DNA from: a virus
Lineage: Duplodnaviria > Caudoviricetes
Strand: one strand, 5' to 3'
Length of the DNA: 64,000 nt
Virus record (IMG/VR): IMGVR_UViG_3300035182_002389
Span: 128,001-192,000 of that record
Program-made: the position numbers and the translations under genes
Notes under the pieces: model-generated
What the model was told of the DNA's origin: nothing
The model's database searches: none
What the model saw: only the letters and a program-made list of their open reading frames with translations
Part shown: one piece after another, positions 61,488 to 64,000 of the stretch
Position numbering within the stretch: position 1 is the stretch's first letter
How the letters are laid out: every line of letters begins with the position of its first letter

Positions 61488-62537
61488 ATGGACTCGAAGA
61501 CTCCCTACATCATCGGCGGCCTGGCCGTGCTCGGCGTCGGCGCCTACTTCCTGCTCCGCAAGACCCCGGTCACCGCTGCGGCGACTCCGGGAACTACCGC
61601 GCTGCCCGCCGGTGGAACTCCCGTCGCCGGAACGCCCGCCACGACCGTCCCGCAGGCCATGCCTGCCGGGTGGCCGACCAGCATTCCGTGGCCGCCGCCC
61701 GGCCTGCCCGCCGGCACGGCGCTGCCGACCGCCAAGCCTGCATGGTGGCCCGCCGGCATCACCTACCCGCCGACCGTTCCGACGAACGTCTCGAACGTCC
61801 CGAGCAGCCTGCCCGGCACCACGACGTCTCCCCAGCCGCCGGCCGAAGCCAAGTTCAACCGCCTCGGCGCGACCCCCGATCAGGAGGCGCAGGCCAAGCA
61901 GAACATGTGGCACGTGCTTCAGATGGTCGCGCTTGCCGACGCAACCGCGAATCCTGCCACGCTCGACGCGACGCACACCGTCGGCCTCGGTTCGAGCGAC
62001 CCGAGCGGCACCTCCGCAGCGCAGAGCATCGCAATGCTCAACGACGCTCTCAACGGCGGCGGACAGTACGTCCTCATCAGCGTTCCCCCGACCGACGGAT
62101 CGGGCAACGCCATGCCTCCGACCTTCCTGTTCACGAACCTCGAAGGCGCCATGTCTTCCGGTCTCGGCGCGGGCGTCGGCGGCCCGTGGACGCTCTTCCT
62201 CACCCCGAACGAGTGGCGCACCGTCGAAGCCGCCGTCGTCGCACAGGGAGCGCCTCCCGCCGTTCCGACTCTTCCGCAGAGCGCTCCGACGGGGTGGCCG
62301 GCGGGCGTCGCATGGCCCCCGACCGGATGGACCCCGGGGCAGCCCGTTCCCTCGACGGCTCCCTCGGGCTGGCCGGCCAGCATCCCCTGGCCTCCGACCT
62401 CCGCGAGCATCCCGGGATTCACCCCGCCCGCCGGAACGCCCCAGATCCCGCCCAGCATCCCGACCGATCCGACGCAGTACGCCGCCTACATCGCCCAGCT
62501 CAAGGCCATGGGCCTCCCGGTCCCTCCCGGCGCCTGA
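61488..62537 (+). CDS. N-anchored Pro-rich membrane protein with repeated P.GWP..[IV].WPP motifs
   Basis: YIIGGLAVLGVGAYFLLRK; WTLFLTPNEW; AGGAG SD. Confidence 0.75.
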   Translation: MDSKTPYIIGGLAVLGVGAYFLLRKTPVTAAATPGTTALPAGGTPVAGTPATTVPQAMPAGWPTSIPWPPPGLPAGTALPTAKPAWWPAGITYPPTVPTNVSNVPSSLPGTTTSPQPPAEAKFNRLGATPDQEAQAKQNMWHVLQMVALADATANPATLDATHTVGLGSSDPSGTSAAQSIAMLNDALNGGGQYVLISVPPTDGSGNAMPPTFLFTNLEGAMSSGLGAGVGGPWTLFLTPNEWRTVEAAVVAQGAPPAVPTLPQSAPTGWPAGVAWPPTGWTPGQPVPSTAPSGWPASIPWPPTSASIPGFTPPAGTPQIPPSIPTDPTQYAAYIAQLKAMGLPVPPGA

Positions 62538-62633
62538 TTCGACCACGCGTTTTCGGTGGAGCCCTCGACGTCGCGCTTTGCGGCGTCGCAGGGCTCCATG
62601 ATGCTGCGGGGTTCGCCCGCCAAGAGAAACCTC

Positions 62634-63245
62634 ATGGCCGACAGCTTCGAGTCCATCCCAGCATCCGCCCGCAAGGAAGCGTCGAACACGCTGCTCTACG
62701 TTTTGCTCGGCGGCGCCGCTCTTGCCGGCGTCGCTTGGTTTCTCACGAAGAAAGAACCGCCGCTCGTTGCTGGGCCGGACAACCAAACCAGACCGCTGCC
62801 GCCGCCTTCCGTGCCAGCGCCGCCAAGCGTTCCCGAGATGACCAACGCCGAGAAGGTGTTGCTCTGGCGGCAGCTCGCCTCTGCGCAGCTCGAAAACGGA
62901 TCTGCTCCGAACACGACCAACATCATCGGGCGAACGCCCGCGTCCAACGAAGCGACCACCTCCGCGCTTCGCGACATCGTCTACCGAAATCGATCCGTCG
63001 CCGAAACTACGGCGGATGCGCAAACCGTCACGATGTCGGCGCCGAACCTTGCGCCTGCTGCGGCCCAGCCTGGCAAATACGTTCTTGTCTCCTTGAACGG
63101 ACTCGTCTTGTGGTTCGCCACCCTCGACGAAATCAAGAACGAAGTGCTCACGGCATCGAAGAACTACCGGATCTTTCTCAAGCCTGACGAATGGAGCACT
63201 GTTCAGGCTCTCGCTGGCGCCCCGTACGCGGCGGTCCTCCCATGA
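62634..63245 (+). CDS. N-anchored membrane protein related to 61488
   Basis: LLYVLLGGAALAGVAWFLTKK; YRIFLKPDEW. Confidence 0.7.
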   Translation: MADSFESIPASARKEASNTLLYVLLGGAALAGVAWFLTKKEPPLVAGPDNQTRPLPPPSVPAPPSVPEMTNAEKVLLWRQLASAQLENGSAPNTTNIIGRTPASNEATTSALRDIVYRNRSVAETTADAQTVTMSAPNLAPAAAQPGKYVLVSLNGLVLWFATLDEIKNEVLTASKNYRIFLKPDEWSTVQALAGAPYAAVLP

Positions 63246-63421
63246 AAGCCCCCTCGCTCACTCGCCGAGTCGGAACCGAAAGCACGGCCCACACGGGCGC
63301 GTGGACCATGGGCTGCGAAGAAACCGTCTCCACGCCAGTCATGCTCATTCACGTGGGCGCAGCTCTCGTTCTTTACGCAATCGCCTATGAGCGCGGCGCG
63401 GCTTCTGAGAAAAAGACCTGA
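63242..63421 (+). CDS. Small TM protein with PSL..RRVG leader
   Basis: MKAPSLTRRVGT..AHTGA..TM; ATGA overlap. Confidence 0.55.
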   Translation: MKAPSLTRRVGTESTAHTGAWTMGCEETVSTPVMLIHVGAALVLYAIAYERGAASEKKT

Positions 63422-63468
63422 CCAAACTTCGGCGCACTTCCAACGCCCACGACTGACGGAGTTTTACG

Positions 63469-63894
63469 ATGCCCTGCCCCAACCCGAGCTGCCCGTACGC
63501 AAACGACCCAAGCCACTTCTGCCCATGCTCCTCGGCTGCTGTCGGTAGGGGCGGCGGGGGAGGGGGCGGAGGACATGGAGGCGGCGGAGGAGGCCATGGA
63601 GGCGGCGGAGGCGGCGGAGGCCACGGCGGCGGAGGGCATGGCGGAGGTGGAGGCCGCGGGTGGGGCGGCGGAGGGTGGGGAAACTACGGGCTGAGGCCCA
63701 GGCCGCACGGGTACTACGGCTGGTACGCAAACGGATACTGGTGGCCGGGCTGGTGGGACTACCCGAACGAGCTGAACGATACGAGCAGCCTCCTCGCACT
63801 CGCCAGAGCCTTGCAGAACGGCGCCATCACAGGCGCGCAGGTGCGAGCCATGGGGATCAGCCCCAACGCCCTCATCGCCATCCTCAGCCCGTAG
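63469..63894 (+). CDS. Cys-rich leader, Gly/His-rich and Trp/Tyr-rich small protein
   Basis: CPNPSC..CPCSSAAVG, then poly-Gly, then ALQNGAITGAQV..GISP. Confidence 0.7.
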   Translation: MPCPNPSCPYANDPSHFCPCSSAAVGRGGGGGGGGHGGGGGGHGGGGGGGGHGGGGHGGGGGRGWGGGGWGNYGLRPRPHGYYGWYANGYWWPGWWDYPNELNDTSSLLALARALQNGAITGAQVRAMGISPNALIAILSP

Positions 63895-63903
63895 CGGCTC
63901 GCC

Positions 63904-63918
63904 GACTTACCGCAAGCC
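63904..63918. promoter_or_regulatory. Palindromic motif GACTT-ACCGC-AAGCC
   Basis: Intergenic, 18 bp before ATG 63937. Confidence 0.75.
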
Positions 63919-63936
63919 CGCCAGAGTCCAAAGAGC

Positions 63937-64000
63937 ATGATCCTCTTCTCATACGGCTCCAATCACCCGGCCCAGCTCGCTGAAAGGCTTGGCCGCGCCA
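63937..64000 (+). CDS. 5' fragment of a gamma-glutamylcyclotransferase-family protein (runs off the window)
   Basis: MILFSYGSNHPAQLAERLG matches the GGCT N-terminal F.YGSN motif. Confidence 0.55.
   Translation, partial: MILFSYGSNHPAQLAERLGRA

Larger units (their letters stand above)
1..64000 (+). mobile_element. Segment of a large prokaryotic virus/provirus genome (structural, morphogenesis and lysis region), probably tailless and membrane-containing
   Basis: Near-unidirectional dense short genes, no housekeeping genes, many single-TM proteins, fibres, lysins and a jelly-roll-like capsid candidate; no Caudoviricetes hallmarks seen. Confidence 0.8.

Noticed and set aside
666-62689. Many long minus-strand and alternative-frame ORFs (e.g. 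666..2252, 5875..7827, 52982..54670, 55931..57571, 59029..60870)
   Set aside because: These are shadow ORFs of high-GC coding DNA: Arg/Gly-rich nonsense, no SD, and fully overlapping better plus-strand genes.
1-64000. tRNA, rRNA, integrase, transposase, DNA polymerase, packaging ATPase
   Set aside because: I saw no recognisable cloverleaf, rRNA signature or catalytic motifs. The only Walker A/B protein is the RadA-like ATPase, which does not resemble FtsK/A32 packaging ATPases.

Overview
This is a high-GC window (about two-thirds G+C by eye), densely coded, with about 95 genes. All but two are on the + strand, and most are short with Shine-Dalgarno sites. It reads as the virion-structure, morphogenesis and lysis region of a large prokaryotic virus or provirus. 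I see no HK97 capsid, portal, terminase, tail tube, sheath or baseplate. It instead carries a candidate single-jelly-roll capsid protein next to a multi-pass membrane protein, a transglutaminase-like Cys protease, dozens of single-TM-anchored proteins, and collagen and Gly-rich fibres. Several peptidoglycan-binding or degrading enzymes are present (SLT, GH25, SGNH, PG_binding_1). The best interpretation is an unusually large tailless, internal-membrane virus; the host may be Myxococcota-like, but that is inferred only from GC content and the style of the ECF sigma factor. Four things stand out. (1) About 20 copies of a 15-bp palindrome, G[AG]CTT-N5-AAG[CT][CT], lie just upstream of genes across the whole window. 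(2) More than 10 small TM proteins share an N-terminal RPxL...[VT]G-[AG] leader that looks like a protease-processing signal. (3) Eight paralogs share an M[TSPN]EG[YF]NPFPG spike-base module, seven of them in tandem. (4) Three histone H1-like genes sit next to a truncated RadA. An ECF sigma factor, a minimal kinase and many tandem gene duplications are also present. No polymerase, packaging ATPase, integrase, tRNA, rRNA or CRISPR array is visible. All family assignments come from motif recognition by eye, not database searches.
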